From: Takakia lepidozioides | Taxonomy: Eukaryota; Plantae; Bryophyta | NCBI GenBank assembly: GCA_030704615.1 | Contig: CM060733.1 | Location: 14,508,001-14,572,000, forward strand | Length of the DNA: 64,000 nucleotides | Direction of reading: 5' to 3' | In this document: positions 22,132 through 35,586 of the stretch, piece by piece | How the letters are laid out: each line of letters opens with the position of its first letter | How positions within the stretch are numbered: position 1 is the stretch's first letter | The notes under the pieces: model-generated | The model's input: the letters and a program-made list of their open reading frames with translations, nothing else | Databases searched by the model: none | What the model was told of the DNA's origin: nothing | Translations under genes and position numbers: made by a program

Positions 22132-24031
22132 AGAGAGAGAAGATATACATGTCATGTCAAGACATGGACAAGACCACTAAAGTCATTGTCATTGAAAGAC
22201 AAAGCAACCCTTTACAGGGCATCATCTAACAACCCCTTTTACCAACTCATTTGAACATCTTATAACTTTTCAGGGTATCTGAAAAAACAGGGTGGGAGGG
22301 CGGGATTCCTGGTCATTCATATCCTGAAAGCCCTATAAGTTGACATAAAGCATTCATTTTTTGTTGTTGACATGGGTCAAGCCTTACATAATCTAGTTCT
22401 TGAGCCATTCATCTTCCTAAAACAACATCCTGTGTAGGCGTGAAACTGATCTGTCAGTGCCAAGACACATGCAAGATTCATAAAGTAGAAGCGGGGCTAA
22501 GTTTTTATCAAGTATATGTAAGCCTGGATAATCATTCCAGGACTTCAAGATCAAAACTCTGCCATAGTATAAGGTAGGAAGCGCACAACATCTACCAGCA
22601 AGCAGTTCTTGAAAACCAAAATACTGATGGGGTCAGGTCTGAAGGTGCTTCAGTGCCAAGTCATAAGCCAGATTTCTAACAAAACAAAACATAGGGCTGA
22701 GTACCCTTAAGTAGATATGGGCCTGAAGTGGTATTCCAGGGCCTCATAACAAGCTCTGCTAGTTAAAGAAATGAACTCAGAAACCATTGTCCCCTATCAT
22801 GCAATGAAATAGTGGTGATATAAGAGCCTTGAAGAATGTTTGTTATCACAAGGTCTATCTTCTGATCCATCAGAGCCAGGCCATGGTGTTTCATTTCAGA
22901 GCTTAGTTTCCATGCTGCCAAAGCTATAGTCGCAGCCATGTACCTTTGTTAAAAACATCCAGAGCTTTCAACAGAGATTTTGTTTTCTATGAAGTCCCTT
23001 GTGTGTCTTAACTCCAAAATGTATAAAAGTGGTTATCAAGAACCAAAAACAGGGATAAGGAGTAAGAAGGTGATCCTCATTAGAGCAGACTTGAAGCCGA
23101 TTTGAGGCAGCAAGATGGCAGATTTGAAACAACAGTTGGTATCAGCAACTTCAGGCGGTAGCAGCAATCCCTTATGCATGAATCAGACTCTGCAAGCTTC
23201 AATAATTCAAGACAAGTGAAGACCCTCACCTGTGCCCGTCCCAAAAACCACCACATAGAGATGTGTGTTAGTGAGGATGCATCAGGTGAGTGGCAGGTTT
23301 TCACAGTTGCTATCCATGTCAGTGTTGAATTCCAAAGCATGTACAAATCGTAATCCAAGCAAGGGTACACTCAAAAGAAACCTTGAGCGTTTGCGGTATG
23401 CCCTGCGCCATGGCATCCAGTAGATGTCTCCAGCAGAACGCAATCAAAGTAGATAGAGATCAGCTCATACAGAAAGAGAGCAACATGTAATCTGTGGCTA
23501 AGTAGGGGTGGAGTACTTCCCAACGAGGAGTAAGAGCGCCGCTGCGAATTTAACAGAATCATAAATTTCTGAGCAGAGCGATCACTGCAATGTCGACTGC
23601 CAGAGAAGAATCTGTCTATCTGCCATTGCGCATCCCAAAAGCCAGCCATCACGAGTACCATGTAGCCGCAAGGGAGCAGGTTTACACGGCGCATCATCAA
23701 GGATCATAGAAGCACGAGTTCAGTGCTGTGAAATATGTCGGCCCGTTTAGGGCATATCTTCCCGATTTTTCATCCAGGGTGGATGAAAAATCACATTTTT
23801 AAGAGATGCACTTTGTTAATGGATGATATCCCATAAAAAGGTATCTTAGGGTTACGGTATAGGCTTAGGTTTAGTAACTGCCATCATTAATGATGGTACA
23901 GATTACTACCTCTTGGATTTTTAGAATAGGTCACCAGTATTCATGTATTTCATCCAGTTTAGATGAAAGAAGCAAATAGTAAATATCAGGGCCAAATGAA
24001 ATCCAAAAAGTTATAGAGGGAGAGGGAGAGA
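22132..24031. repeat. direct repeat copy A' (upstream pseudo-LTR)
   Basis: Duplicate ORFs 23080-23370 and 23371-23700 are identical to 16938-17228 and 17229-17558. Confidence 0.95.
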
Positions 24032-25862
24032 TGGAGAGAGAGGGAGGGATTATCGTTTACAAAGTTGGATCGGGGGTGCATCTTCCCATATCCTTGCTCC
24101 AAAAGAGAAATGAAATGAAATGAAATGAAATGGTGCTCCAAAAGAGAGAAAGAGAGAGGGGTGCCAACCAGAGTGCTTCTTCATTGTCCAAGTGAATAGA
24201 AATGTTACTGTGTTGGATGCAGGTGCATGAACCGCAATATTTGCAAATGGTTGAAGTGATTATGGAGGTAGCGAGAGCGGAATCAGCAGTGCCCAGATTC
24301 GGAATGATTTCAGACTTGAAATCACTCGAAGAATTCACACAAGATCCGCAGGCAGAGGGGCTTCAATCCAATGACTCCCGCATTGGTTCCTGTTGCCTTG
24401 TATGTTCCTCTATATATTCTCCTCTGCTAAACTTCCTTTCTCAGCTCCTTTCTCTAAGTTGGGTGCACAGTTGATAGCCGTAATGTATTTCATCCGTTTG
24501 GTGTCACGAGGTTTTTTCTATCCTTCGCAGTCAATTTTCCCCCATGTCATCCATTGAAGCCACATCTCACTGTGACAGATGCTCCTCGATCACTTATGTG
24601 ATGAAAGTCAAGGGATGCAAAGCCTACACATTGGCATAAGCTTTCTACTTACAGATACCTGGGCAGGTTGTCTGTACATTATTTCACACAATGAGGGGTT
24701 TCTTTCCCCGGCATCACAGCTTAGGTCCATGTGCCCTAACAAGGGGCAAATGGTTTTCCATTCAACTGCATATCTGCTGACATTGAGAAACAACCTTGAC
24801 AGCTTGAGTGTATGGCAATGCACACAGGTGGAGAGCATTACTGATACTGTAGGTGGTGGTCTTTTGGTAAACTACAATTGCGCTGGCCGGTTTATTTTGT
24901 GTGATGTAAAGCGCACTGTCCCCTTCCATGTGGCCCAGGTGGTCTGGGTTACAGATTATCCACCTGACATGCCAGGCAGCAGTAGTGGGGCCTCCAGAGA
25001 CAGGCTAGAACGGGAGGTGTGGCAAGCCCTTAATGCTATCGAGCTTGAATCTGCTGGCAAGCAGTCAGAGGTTCCAAGCCTTAGATCATTATCAGAGGAG
25101 TGGTTGCCGGCAGCAGTCAGGCAATGACTGCAGGTGGGCAACATCCCTCTCTCTCTCTCTCTCTCTCTCTCACCTCTTCCTTCGGATTTGTTATTTTTCA
25201 TTCTCTCACTTCTTTTGCTGTGTTTGTTATGTTTGTTGTCCCATAAGCTCATTGGGCTTCCTGAGGACGCTATAGAGTTCTCTCTTTCTGACAATCTTCC
25301 TTTTCCACGAATGTGTGACTCTCTGTCCAACCACACCCATGCATGAGGCCCCTGTTTTCAGATAGAATGCAACATAAGCAGTTATACACCATGTTCTCCA
25401 GTAAAATGTAAAATCCATCTTTACATTAACACCAAATCAACTATGTAGCTGAAATGGCACTGTCAAGCTGATTTTTGTGCTTTGGTAGGTCGAATTTCAA
25501 AGCCTTCTTCGATTGGGAACGTCTTAACCCTCATTGCCTTCACAAGGGTCATTTCTCACGGGGAGCGTCCTCAAGGGGACTAAAATACAAAATCAAACCT
25601 GCTGGATTTTCTTTTTGATACTTCTTAACAGGCTGCAAGTCTCTGTTCGTTCTTTGTTATTGTTCTACTGTGTCCCATGGATCCTCAGGCCTCCTGTAGA
25701 AAATGACCAGAAATTTATTATAACTTGCAGTAGGGGAAGTGGATCATTATCAGACGAATTTACCATGCTAGAGAGACAATCAATCAAAGTCTCTGTCTAG
25801 AGACTACATTTAACACCATCTCAGTTGGGATACCTCTCCACAATGAAACCAAATTAAAAGAA

Positions 25863-25912
25863 AGGTGAAGTGGCTCTTAGTTACGCCAGTTACGGCTGGA
25901 ATCTTCTCTCTT
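25863..25912 (+). mobile_element. isolated ~50 bp 3' terminus of the Dualen-like LINE
   Basis: aggtgaagtggctcttagttacgcc.g.tacggc plus CT tail matches 1691-1742. Confidence 0.6.
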
Positions 25913-28885
25913 AAATGGGAAACTGACAAATGATGGATTTGCTGGCAAAGATATTGTGACATGGAGGCGAAGCAGTCTAAGTGGTAGTCGCTGTGAGTCA
26001 TTGACATCAGTGCGATCTAGTGATGAGGAACGAAATCCATATTGGTGTGCCAGGGAGAAGCTAGTAAAACCACTCCGGCAAGAGGCTTTTTCTTTTGCAG
26101 CAGCCAGTATTGTGAGCTCTTTCTCCCCTCTCCCTCTGCCCCCCAACCCCCCGCTTCTTTTGCTCTTCTGCTTCTCTCTTTGCGTGGGCATGAGGCCAAC
26201 TGGCCAGATGGCTCACAGGCCTAGCATCTGAGTAGGTATATACTTCATTTGTTGACATACATATCGTTTCTTGGTATGCACTTTGAATGGAAATTAGTAG
26301 CAGATTCGCTTTGACTAGCTTGTTGTGGTTCTGTGCTTGCATATTGCAGTCCAAATCTCATTTGTATCAGAGTGTGTGACAGGTTGAAGCAGGTGCCCAA
26401 CACGTGACACATCAACTCGTCTGTCTTGGGTAGGCTTCTTGCAAAGTCACTGCATCCATTCCTGCTGCTTTTCCTTGTAAGGTGATATGAAGCGGTCAAC
26501 TACTGTTGGTGTGCATCTCTTTCTCTTGGGTTTTCAGGGATCCTGTGCCCATCGAAAGTACAGATTTTGTTTATTTTCTTTCTTTCTTCATTTAAATTCA
26601 GGTTGGGAGTAAGGGCCAAGATTTCTCCATTTGTATATACTACTCACTATATGTAACCAGCAGTGCAATCATGACTAAGTGTATCTCATCTGTAATAGGG
26701 TAGAGATTTGCAGTAAGGGGGCTTTGATTGACACGATCATTTTTAGTGACATCAACACTTGCCCGAAGTAGATTTCAATTGACGTAACGACATTATCTTC
26801 CGCTGCGCTTGAAAGATATGGCACTTTGAGCAGAGTAGCATAGCCTGGTCGGTTGAATGGTTCGTTTGGGAGAGTTTATATCTTTTCGGGAATATGCCCT
26901 CATGGTATGTCCTCCAACATTCACAGAAGTGCAAGACTCTCCCTTTCTCCCCCTCTCTTATGCACTAAAACTGGGTAGGGCTAAACCGGGAAGGCTGATA
27001 CCTTCTTATGGGGATTCAATAATCTAGGGTTCTCTTCTTCTCTGTTGCAATAGAACTTAATTGCAGTAGCCAATTAAATTCTGGTTATGGAGGCAGGTGT
27101 TGGATGCTGTAGGGCCACATTTGGCCAGGCTACAAGCTCAGAACTCCCTCTTGGAGGCCATGGGAAGCACGCAATGAGGCAAGCTGAGCACCATTGACGT
27201 GCCAAATCTGCAGCAAGGTGAAAACATCCCATATGTTCCTTTGACGCACACCATCCACATATGCACAACCTTGAACTTATCTGAGTGCTATGTGGAAGGT
27301 GACCAGTGACAACGTTGCTATGGGTCATCTTTTTAGTCACAACCAGCGGCATCAACAATGTCTACTTGGGTGTTACTTTCTTATCCTTGATCTTGTGCAT
27401 AAATGATAGCAAACATATAATGTGGTAATGTAATGCAGCCAAATGTACATAAGTTCAACCTTCAAAACTACAAAGAGTTGGTGGAAAAATTGAAAGTTTA
27501 TTGAGACAAAGATCAAAGTTGATTAAAGATCTGGAAACATGTACTTAGTTTGTACAAACAATTGTGAACCCCTGTCATGACTAGCTGTGGGGAGTGTTGA
27601 GGGCATTCCTTCCATGTATTTGGATTCCCTGCTTGAAACTTCTAATAGTTGTATGAATATCACTCAAAACCGACAAGACTGTCTAGCTTGGAACGGCCTT
27701 GACAGAGTTGTATCAATGACAATGAGTGTAGTATTTCATGATTGTTATCTGTTTTGGGAGGTTTCTGTTGATATATTACTCACTAAATCATGAATGTGTT
27801 TGCCGTGAATGCGTAGTTTGAGTGAAATTGTAGTCTCTGTTATTACTCTCTCTCTACTTCCATCAGGCCAAAAGAGAGAGTCAGCTGAAAGTTTGCTTGG
27901 CCATCCTCAAATGGGCCAAAATGCAGGGTGTGGTTAATGCATCCCTGCGCCGCATTGTCTGCTTCATTTATGGAAATCACACTGACAACCCAGTGAAGAA
28001 GCATGACTACCTATACCCATATGGCCATACCTATATCCGTACCTATATACCATACCATTCCCTTACCTGTATACCTACATACCTATACTTGACCCCTGGT
28101 AAGGGACCAACGCCATGTTTACGTTTCTTGGCCAAACACGTCTCCAGTTTACTAAGGGCCTTACCATTTTTAGGTCAAGTTTAGTATACTAAACTTTAGC
28201 TATACCAACACCATATCTCTGCCTTCACAAATTATTTGGAAAAGATTATAATGCTTTTGCAGTGCCACAAAACTTCTTCCAAATTCTCCGAATTTGTGAA
28301 CACGAACGAAGAGGAAAAGTTTTACACCCCACAGATTTTTTTCTTTATTACATAAGGTATTTGGAAGTAGGTGCCTATCACAGTTAATCACAGGTAGCAT
28401 GCTATAATCTATCCTGAAATTTTGTAGGGCAAATAGTCTGAGAGGATCTATAACAACTGGAAATAATAATAATAATAATAATAAAACCCAAACCAAAAAA
28501 ACAACTGACACACACAGGACCGATTAAGCACCGAGGCACATTCATCCAAGGTGCATTCATCCTGATCGATATCTTTACGAACGATCAGGATCAAAGCACC
28601 TTTCAATTTTGTGAGGTTTATAGACACGTCATCTGAGTGACATCTAGCATTCGCCATCTGGAATACTGAACTATAATTAGCCGTGATAGAGAAGGAGGGC
28701 TTAGCTCTTGTCTTCGTCTCTTAATTCTCGCCCTCGCTGTATTCTACTCATGAGATAGGGGCCATCGTCATGACGCGCAAGAGCTCTTGCATTGCATTGG
28801 CTTGCGCCCGGTGTGTTTTTCGCGCAAACTACTACTAATGTTGTGTGCTACAGGGCTTTGTGAGGCAATTATACAAGCGTGCAGC

Positions 28886-29400
28886 ATGGCCGAATACTAT
28901 GAGTCAGCCACGTTTGTGACTAATCCTCGTTTTGATGTTTATGTTCCTGATGAAGGTGAATATGAATCCTACACAGATACAGATTGGACGCAGTTTGGTC
29001 TTGATCTCATGACATCATGATGGTGAAGTGGGGCCAATGGAGTCCTTTTTTGTGACTACTCTTGTTTCTGATGATGTTTTTACTTCTAATGTCTCTAATG
29101 TTTGTGATGGGGGTGAGAATGAATCCTACAGTGAGAAAGATTGGACACAATTTCTCGATCTCGATGAAACACATTAATGTGATGAAGGTGACAATTTGAA
29201 ATGGGGCCAATCGAGTCCACTTTTTTTACTACTATTTTTTGTAATCTTCCTATTTCTGATCATGATGAGGATGAATCCTACAACGAGACATATTGGATGG
29301 AGTGTCTCGAATATATACTTACACATCATGATGAAGGTGAAATGGGGCCAATCGATCTTGTTTGTAATTCTCTTGCTATAAAGTCTTTTCAAAACACATT
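28886..29400 (+). repeat. ~3 degenerate ~150 bp repeats encoding acidic peptides (frameshifted ORF)
   Basis: gaatcctaca..ga.a.attgga at ~28963, 29121 and 29272; tggggccaat at ~29028, 29203 and 29343. Peptide ESYxExxW...HxDEGEMGPIE. Confidence 0.6.
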
Positions 29401-30399
29401 GTGTTATTGTTACATGTTATGTGTAGTTTTTCAATGTATGGTTTTCAGATTCCAAGCATAGACTTTGTGTAATCTATGTGTTATGCAAAGATGTAGAACA
29501 TTTTCGGAACCAAGAACTTCAGCATTTCCTGAACATCAATATTAAATCATGTCATTTGTGGACTTCTTTTGTAGCCAGTAATTTTCAATTGGGCCCTACT
29601 TTTCACATCTTCTACCCGTGGTAAGAGGCCCTCTGTAGCTATGGTGTCCGCGGATATAGGGCCCCTACTTTGAAGGTCAGTCTGGGAACGTGAGCAGTTT
29701 TTTGCTCACGGAATTTTTTGCTCACGTGAGCTGTTCACGGTCTAGCATTTCCCACTTTAGAGCCGGTAGGATATGCAATTAAGATACAGATTTGATGCGA
29801 TATTCGGTGTGTGCTTTGGTGTTGATTGAAGAAAAGCTTCAAAAATAAGCCCCAGCAGTAGTAAAGCATGACTATGATTGGAAGATATGATGCAAGTTTG
29901 CATTCATGACTAGGTAGGGCTAGGCATTGAGGATCATCATGGCTTGCAAAGATAAATATCTATACCTTGTCATTGAGTTATGTGCATTTCTGAGTAGTGG
30001 AATTTGTGATCTTCAAGCTATAACTCAAGTGTCATTACTTTCTTAAGCAAGTGTTGCAATAGTGATCAATCTTTTCTTTGCTTCTGATCATCTTGCTTCT
30101 ATCAACTTGTTGGTCAAAGTTAGATCTATGAAAATGGACCATCATATGAAACCACCAAGTAATTTCAAACACAAATATTTTTTTTCCATGATTATCTCAT
30201 TCACCGAGGTCGAATGCATCCCACAATAGTTCAGCTTGTGCAGGTATATCGCACAATGGGTATCAAACTTTTTCACGCAATGAACCCTTTGAGATGGTAG
30301 AACATCTAATCAATTCAAGCACTCACTCATATTGTTGGTAAATCTAGCTTTGATCTCTTGAATTTGTCCACAGATGAGGCCTCTCCTAGCACTAACAAG

Positions 30400-31090
30400 C
30401 GCCGGAAATAAGCCCAATATGACCTAAATAGAAAATTCAAAGATGTATGGGTTGTTAAGTTTACATGGGCAGAAAATGTTGTTGGGAAGATGACATGATT
30501 CATGTTGTAAAGCGCTAGGTGTGCTCCAAAATTGATGGGAAAGACAAAATCTTTGTGCTTGAGTTAGACTCCTTAATCAAGCATGTTAGTAAAAGGAAGA
30601 CAACAGTTGTCATGCCTAGAATACCTGTGGAGAAGTCTTATTACAACAAAGAGAGCCAACTTTGCAAGAATGAAGCCTTGTATGCAACTTACTTGAGGGA
30701 TTCAATGATTGAGATGCAAATTACTAGAGAGGTGGTCCAAGATAAGAGGAAGTTGGTCAATTCATCATAACATAGAGAAATTGGACGAAAATCTTGTATC
30801 ATTTGGCACAGATGGTGTAAGTGTCTTTTAAGGCTTGTGCACAGGCGTCACTCTGCAATAATAACAGAAAGATGCTTCTCACATAGTGGGGGTCCATTGT
30901 ATGGCACATTACACCAATTTGGTAGTCCAAATTTTGAGTGACAGCAGCTTGGTGAATTGGTTGGAATTTGTTTCAATCTTTGCACTCTTATTGTGTGCAC
31001 AATCCAAACCGTCACCTTGAGTTCCAAAAGCTAGCCGAGTTGATGCAGACCAAGGGTAACAAAATTTTCTACGAAATACGAATGATGGAT
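30400..31090 (+). pseudogene. degraded hAT transposase (ZNF862/ZBED-like)
   Basis: RKFKDVW..KFTWAE, VCSKIDGKDK..LDSLIKH, FGTDGVSVF.G, GVHCMAHYTNL; many stops and deletions. Confidence 0.72.
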
Positions 31091-32039
31091 GTATGCAATC
31101 TGCCTCACATCCATACAATTTTTCCAATATAATTACAACCATGTAACTCGCATCGTCAAAATTGCTACAAAAGTCAACAATAGCGCCTACAACTATTTGA
31201 CACAAGAAAATTCATAATTATGAAAAAGAACTAAAAAAAAAACATTACAATTTATACCCCAATAGATGCACAACAAACTTTAACTGTGACAATGATGTTA
31301 CAATCGTCAAATGCATGGAATGGCACATACTAAAATGTCTTCCGGTGACGCTTGCCTGGAGGTCACGTCTGGGTCGTCGCCTACCACAGCTTGGACGTGA
31401 GAGCAATCCATTGATGATTTGGTTGCATGATTAGGTCTTTTTCATTGCCTCGAAGTAGAGTTGGAGCTCGAAGCACAGCTTGTAGAGGCCCGCAGTATCA
31501 TCTTTGAACAGGTGTGCTAACATGTATACCTTCACTTAGACTCTATAACTTTTAAGTTGCCCAAAATCCGGACAAGCTGCACATGTCACTTCCAGAATGA
31601 CAAAATGGAAGGATCGAAGAAAAGATAATCCTTTCAGCTTGGAACTTTCGACTGGGACGCGTTGAATGAAAGAAGTTAAATTGTTCAATTAGAAATTGCC
31701 CTCGACTTCCCAAGTTTCTTAGTATTCTAGGAAGCTCTTTTGTCAACCACATGGCCGTCTGGGATCGGTGCAAGTAATGAAGGAAACTGCATGCCTCCGG
31801 AAGAGCCAAATTAATTGTACAGAGTCGGGGAGGCCAAAGATGACAAAACAGGTCAGAAGTGTGTGGCAGGGCCGAGGCAGCTTTACTAGCATGCATGGGT
31901 GGATTCCAGCTTATGCTCACAAGGAGCTTTTGGCACATTCCCTAAAGGAAAAATAACATTTTTCCCCTTTTAGAGTGCTTGAAAAGAACAAGTCACATGG
32001 AACTGTGCAACGGAGGGAATTTGGTGAGCTTTCCCTTGC

Positions 32040-32310
32040 ATCCTTTTGGGAAAAAAGCCCCGCGGATTTTCCTTCGGTTTCCCCCCCCCCTGTGTTTTTT
32101 TCCCTTATGTGGTTTTTCTTTGGTGGGTTTCCCTGTGGGATTTTCCCCTCTGTGGTTTTTTTCCCTTCTGTAGTTTTCTTTGGTGGGTTCCCCCTGTTGT
32201 TTTTCCCCCTGTGGTTTTTCTTTGGTGGGTTTTTTCTTCTGTTTTTCCCCTTTGAGGTTTTCCCATGCGTTTTAACCCATTCCTCTTGGTCGGTTGGTGT
32301 TTTCCCCTGG
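32040..32310. repeat. low-complexity T/C/G tandem repeat (ttttcccc..gtggtttttctttggtggg)
   Basis: Repeated units of ~30-60 bp; they generate spurious Phe/Pro/Gly-rich ORFs. Confidence 0.8.
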
Positions 32311-33752
32311 GAATTAGCCCCCCTTGTGTGTCTGCAAAGAATACCTCATTGCATACAAGCTAGGTCATTGACGCTTTTGGAAGGAGACAAGGCTCTTAAC
32401 ACTAAAGCCCCAACACCACATTTAGGCTCAAAAGGCCACTAGACTATTGGTGTTAAAAGTCATAGGGAAAAAGCCACAGAAAAGCATTCATGTTGCACGC
32501 ACTCCTCACAGGTAGAGCACTCACCGTATCCAATTCCTTAAAGGAGAGCTAGCAAGAGACGATCTTATTACTTTACATTTCAAAATTAAGACTCTTATGT
32601 GTGAGGATGCTGCAAAGGCCTCAATCATTAGAAATACTTCTCCCATGGCATTGTTGCATCAACTCAAATATTCAATAATGAATAAAGGGAGCTTTGCATA
32701 GTCCACACAAAGTGCCCAGAAGAGGTTATAGGACGGTATCACATAACCGAAAAAATAACTAAACTTGGACAAAAATGGAGCTCGTAAAGCTAATGGCCAA
32801 GCATTTCCAGTCTGTGAAACGAAAGAGGCAAAAAATTTACTGCTAATTGTAAATAGAAGAAGAAGAAGAAGAAGAAGAAGAGTGTTTGCAGACATAGGAA
32901 GCTTAGGTCAGATTTCAAAGCAAAGCAAAATAAGACTAAAATCCCAGCTGGACTCACCAGCATTCGATTTCCCAGAAATACACTGGTTCACCATTCCCTC
33001 CAGGTTTCAGGGCCTACTAGCCTGCATTCTTTGGAGGAGAACGAATGCCAATAACTCAGGCATACCTGAGCATCCTGTACCTCATTCAAATATAAATGGG
33101 CAAACAAGGGATCAAATTCCTCCCAACATTCAGGCTTTAACTCGTAGAATCCTAACTCCTCAACCTGCCACCAAAAGATGCGTCAGAGAGCTGTCCTTGA
33201 CAATATCTAACAAACTTGAAGGCAAAACTTGAATACTCCCAGGCGCTCTAGGTGTGTAAAAGGCCCAAAAGAAATCGAGACTACTGGAACATTGACACAA
33301 ACCAGAGTCTACTGTCTATTCCCCACAATGAGGAAATCTAGCCCGTCCTGAAACTTAGTTAAGGGTAGTTCAGTGTCGCGGCCCTTTGCCTTGAGGGCAG
33401 GGGGTCGGGACACATAAGGGGCTGCCCCTGTGGTGGGGGCAGCGGCAGCGATAGGTATGGGGGGCTGAAGCACTTGGGCACTCAAAGAGGCGGAGGCGCT
33501 CACTAGGTGGAGCCCCACACACCGGGTTGCGGTGGGGGTGGCTCCACAAGGGGTGGGGGTAGCTTAGCGGGACTTAGTGGGGGTGGCATAGGACTCACCA
33601 TGGGGGCGGAGACCTCGTGGTGGGAGTCGTGGGGAGTCTTGGGACTCATCACGGTCCATAGGGGCCGTGGTGAGTGGGCCAAGACTCACCGCGACTCATC
33701 ACCGGGAGTCGAGGGTTTTCGTGGTGGTTCGCCATAAAATGGCATGGCTGGT

Positions 33753-34089
33753 TGTGAAACCCCCGCGGACAGCTACAGAAGTATATATAGAGAGTAGTAA
33801 CCCCGAGAACGGTGCAAGCCCGTTGGTGACCAAAAACTAGTGAGTAAGCGAGCGAGCCGGAAAGCGATCAAAGAGTGGGGAGCTGTTCCGGACTGCCAAC
33901 TACCAAAGGGAATTCCCGCTAGTTCCAAATCGGTGGAGGGTTCTTTGGGAGAACAAAGGGGGACCGTTATGCCCCGGTGAGCAGCCGAAGCTCCAAGTTG
34001 GCCCAGCGGCCAGGTTGGGAGTCAGGCGCGCGCATCAAAGCGAGTAACTATGACTTGAGGGGGAGATTACCGAAGTGAGGTGCGTGACA
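33753..34089 (-). mobile_element. putative LTR (TGTCAC...TTCACA) followed by a degenerate Pro-rich ORF (33300-33735)
   Basis: TG..CA termini with imperfect inverted repeat and an internal TATATA; no second LTR or PBS confirmed. Confidence 0.4.
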
Positions 34090-35586
34090 TTCAGGGTAGT
34101 ATCAACATAAAGATAGCATGTTCCATATTATCCCTAGCAATAGCACAAAATTGCAGTAGAAATATATCCATGTCCATTGACCTGTAGTTAACAGCAAAGT
34201 GGCTCAAAGAACGACATAAATGAAATGAAATGAAATGGTACTTTATAACCTAGGAATGATATAAAGAAAGAAAATATGTCCACAGAAGGCTCCAAGGACA
34301 TATGGGACACATGGGAAAAAAATGAGTTACTCACACAACCAAGCTTCATTGCATAGCCAGCCTGAGACTTACACTTTCTGCATCTGGCAACAAATGCACA
34401 AACTGTTGTCTGCACCTTACCTGCATCTGACATTACTGTTAAAATGCAGTAAACACAGCAACAGTGTGGCAGAAGACAAGACAGTTTAAATGAAGAGGAA
34501 AAAGCGTGAAAAGTCTGCAAACGGATCAGCTTCCATTGAACCTGATGGTGCAACTCTGCAGGTAGTGTTGCATTCTTGACTGCAGAAGCATTCTCCTTAT
34601 TGTAATGGTCTGTTGATTGGGTCATGTTTCTGTCAAGATCTATATCTTTCTTTTTCTGCGAACCATACAGCTGCTACCCTCAATGCTAAGGGACATGACA
34701 TATTGAATGGAACTAAATTTCTCTGCCATGCAAAGCAAATTCTTGTTGGACTGGCTGCATGTCTCGAGGAGGACTTCCCAGCAGAGCCCTAGTTTAGTGA
34801 ACATATCAGCAGTCTTCTTCAAAACTAGAATCGTTGAGGTTGTTAATGAATTTCATGACTTCACAATTAAATCAAAGGTGCTAAATCAGCAACCTATTGA
34901 CATGAAATTATAAGCCAACCAACTGCAATGATCTCTTCAGTGGGAAAAGGCCCACCGACACCGTTCAAGTCCCTATATTACACTGCTCAGTCTGTGCCCA
35001 AGGAAAACCTGTAGTGTTTGCTGTGTCCTATATGTGCATCTGTGTGCACAACACTCGATATCTAAGAAGAACCCAACAGCCCCGACAACAGATGAACAAC
35101 AACAAACCTTCATATCCAAAGTAGTAGTGAACATGACTGCACAAACATTTTGAGAGGAGTGTACTGAGAACCACAACAACAACCTCTTACAGAAACTGGC
35201 TCAAATGCATGGACATTGACCTCACCTCCTACGCCGAACTCAAGCACAGTAGGAAACTGGCACATTCAGCACCAGAGGAAACCTTATGTGCGACATTTGT
35301 GCTCACTTGTAACTGAGGAATAGGATAAAACAACAAGATGAGGCAGCAGGGCAAATTCATGAAGCAACAGGGATGCAAGGTAATTGATTCATTTGAGTTA
35401 TTTCTGATGGATAGGGAAGAATGGTAGGGTCAGAGAAAAAAATCAGGCCTTCTGTTGAGTCATTGCATCCACTTTTCAGGTCTTTGTAGTTCAAGTCACC
35501 TAACCCTCATACAAGTCCTAGATGTTATCTAGAGAGAAATCATTGATCTCTCCACCTTTGAATTTCGGGAGATTGACCAACCTCAC

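Larger units (their letters stand above)
15991..24031 (-). mobile_element. young Penelope-like retroelement: ORF1 + RT without recognisable endonuclease, flanked by 1.9 kb direct repeats (pseudo-LTRs)
   Basis: Two intact ORFs between near-identical direct repeats; PLE-type RT motifs; GA-rich junctions; no TG..CA, PBS, integrase or protease. Confidence 0.82.

Noticed and set aside
15991-24031. True LTR retrotransposon or DIRS element
   Set aside because: No TG..CA, PBS, PPT, integrase, protease, RNase H or tyrosine recombinase; RT motifs are PLE-type.
24579-25127. 182-aa ORF
   Set aside because: No recognisable domain or supported gene structure; may hold an exon remnant but cannot be called.
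31975-32442. Phe-rich membrane-like ORFs
   Set aside because: Produced by a low-complexity repeat.
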